Shown here: positions 62,261 through 64,000 of the stretch, in pieces | Layout: each line of letters begins with the position of its first letter | How positions within the stretch are numbered: the first letter of the stretch is position 1 | Program-made: the position numbers and the translations under genes | The notes under the pieces: model-generated | Databases searched by the model: none | The model's input: the letters and a program-made list of their open reading frames with translations, nothing else | Told to the model about the DNA's origin: nothing | Assembly: GCA_016180065.1 (NCBI GenBank) | Contig: JACPBY010000006.1 | Span: 3,233 to 67,232 of the forward strand | Source of the DNA: Candidatus Woesearchaeota archaeon | GTDB taxonomy: Archaea > Nanobdellota > Nanobdellia > Woesearchaeales > UBA10216 | Direction of reading: 5' to 3' | DNA: 64,000 nt

Positions 62261-64000
62261 CTAGTATTTTGTCTTTAACTTGAGCTGCGGATACAGGACA
62301 AGGCTCTTGAACTCATCCAGTATGAGCTTAAATGCATATGAAATCTCAATAAAGCTTATGGCAGACTCACCGCACACCTGACAGTAGCTTCTGCGCTTGA
62401 ACTCATCATAAATGGCAACCATGCCGCAGCTCTCACAAACAGGGACAATAGTCCGGTCAGAGTCAAAACGCTCCTTGAGCAGCATTGCAGCGCCATGGGC
62501 GACAAACGTGTCCTTCTCCATCTCGCCCAGCCTCAGGCCTCCTTCCTTAGCCCTGCCTTCTGTCGGCTGCCGTGTCAGCAACTGGATTGGGCCTCTGGCA
62601 CGGGAGTGAATCTTATTGGCAACCATGTGCTTCAGCCTGAGGTAATACATGTCGCCAACAAAAATGCTCACTTCAAACTGCTCACCGGTCTCGCCATTGT
62701 AAAACGTCTCAAGGCCGTTATTCCTGAAGCCAAGGCTGAGCAGCTCTTTCCTAATCTTTTCTTCAGGCTCTGAAGCAAAAACAGTGCCGTCAACATACCT
62801 TCCAGCCAATGCACCGGTCTTACCGGCTATCAGCTCAATAAGGTGAGCCAAGGTCATTCTGGTCGGAATGCTGTGCGGGCTGAAGATAATGTCAGGCGTG
62901 ATGCCTGATGCTGTGAAAGGCATATCAGCCTCAGGGACTATGATGCCAATAACTCCCTTCTGGCCGTGCCTGGAACTGAACTTATCACCAACCTCAGGAA
63001 TCCTCTGGTCCCTAATCTTAACCTGCACAAGCTTGTTGCCCTCGCTGCTTTCAGTAATAAGAACAAAGTCGACAACTCCCTCCTCACCATGCTTCATTGC
63101 CACAGAGCTTTCCCTCCTGGTTTCGGCAGAAAGGGAGTACTGCTCCATGCTGCTCAGGAACCTTGGAGGAGACGTTTTTCCAATCACCACATCCCCCTCC
63201 TTAATTGGGGCTTCGGGGTATATGATGCCATCTTCCTCCAGGAAGCGGTAGTCCTTTTCGCTCTTGTAGCCCTTCACATCTTTGGAAGGTATGCAAATCT
63301 CATCCACCAGCCCGCCAGAGTATCTCAACTCCTCAGAAATCATAGGCCGATAATAGCTGCCCCTGCCCATGCCCCGGTCAATTGAGCCCTTGTTGATTAT
63401 TATAGCATCCTCCATATTGTAGCCCTTATAGCTCATGACAGCAACAACAAGATTCTGGCCTGAAGGGTGCTTTTCATAATCTGAGATGTCATGCAGAACA
63501 GACCTGACAACCGGGTTCTGCGGCTCATGCAGCAGGTTAACGTCCATATCCATCCTTATCATGTAGTTTGAGGCGTAAAAGCCAAGCGCCTGCTTCTGGT
63601 TCTTTGAGCCTGTATTGACTTTCTGGGCAGAGTTGAAATTAGCGTAAGGCACAAGGCCGGTCACAACACCAAACATTGCAAGAGGTGTAAGCTCAAGGTG
63701 CGTATGCTCTGAAGTCAGCTCATCCTCGAAAAAAGCAACCAGGACATTCTCCTCCTCTGCAGCGTCAACGTACTCTATTATGCCCTGCTTAACCAGGTCA
63801 GACCACTTAAGCTCATTCCTGGCAAGCTTTTCCACATGCTCAGAAGTAAGCAGAGGGCTGCCATCCCTGACAACAATAAGCGGCCTGCGCAGCCTGCCCT
63901 TAGCTGCCTCAACATGGACCTCGTTGGTTGCGGCATCGTAAAACACGTTGGCATTCTCAGACAGGCTGCCACGCCTCCTCTCCTCCCGCAGGAAGCCTGC
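62261..64000 (-). CDS. rpoB: DNA-directed RNA polymerase subunit B, C-terminal part; the frame is open to the window edge
   Basis: Contains GDKFSSRHGQKGV, LTRQPTEGRAKEGGLRLGEME, and a C-terminal Zn ribbon CESCG..CQVCG. The listed start at 63946 is an internal GTG, and upstream codons to 64000 have no stop. Confidence 0.95.
   Translation of the reverse strand, partial: AGFLREERRRGSLSENANVFYDAATNEVHVEAAKGRLRRPLIVVRDGSPLLTSEHVEKLARNELKWSDLVKQGIIEYVDAAEEENVLVAFFEDELTSEHTHLELTPLAMFGVVTGLVPYANFNSAQKVNTGSKNQKQALGFYASNYMIRMDMDVNLLHEPQNPVVRSVLHDISDYEKHPSGQNLVVAVMSYKGYNMEDAIIINKGSIDRGMGRGSYYRPMISEELRYSGGLVDEICIPSKDVKGYKSEKDYRFLEEDGIIYPEAPIKEGDVVIGKTSPPRFLSSMEQYSLSAETRRESSVAMKHGEEGVVDFVLITESSEGNKLVQVKIRDQRIPEVGDKFSSRHGQKGVIGIIVPEADMPFTASGITPDIIFSPHSIPTRMTLAHLIELIAGKTGALAGRYVDGTVFASEPEEKIRKELLSLGFRNNGLETFYNGETGEQFEVSIFVGDMYYLRLKHMVANKIHSRARGPIQLLTRQPTEGRAKEGGLRLGEMEKDTFVAHGAAMLLKERFDSDRTIVPVCESCGMVAIYDEFKRRSYCQVCGESAISFIEISYAFKLILDEFKSLVLYPQLKLKTKY

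Noticed and set aside
1-64000. CRISPR arrays, reverse transcriptases/DGR template-variable repeat pairs, and transposase or integrase genes.
   Set aside because: None were found on reading both strands. The only long repeats are the 4-copy structured element and the 70-nt bud32 duplication. Neither shows regular spacers or adenine-specific mismatches.

Overview
This window is an archaeal chromosomal segment. Supporting genes are split RNA polymerase A'/A'' plus B and K, the exosome genes rrp4/rrp41/rrp42, sdo1, proteasome alpha, bud32, L30e-NusA and S12. Two tRNAs contain introns, and TTTATAAA-type TATA boxes sit 23-24 nt from many start codons. The housekeeping core also holds a complete DapL-type lysine operon (lysC-dapA-dapB-asd-orf-dapL-lysA-dapF), a pfkB-fba-ROK sugar operon, metG, mtnP/apt and an Lhr helicase. 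Several genes look bacterial in type: metK, lgt, class II fba and the ROK kinase. That mix suggests an uncultivated, possibly DPANN-like lineage, but this is inference only. Small, visibly A/T-richer accessory islets are interspersed: a RelE module, an MNT-HEPN module, and a frameshifted retropepsin-like gene next to a VRR-NUC remnant. Further islets are an AAA-ATPase cassette bracketed by 70-nt direct repeats of the bud32 3' end, and a decayed restriction-modification pair. Very large Cys-repeat surface proteins are also present. The most unusual signal is a near-identical 100-135 nt structured repeat in four copies. Three of the copies carry a 49-nt double-hairpin module that splits a helix. 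The repeat also donates the same C-terminus and stop codon to two unrelated genes. I cannot assign it to any class I know. All calls come from reading the translations and the DNA by eye. No searches or folding computations were run.
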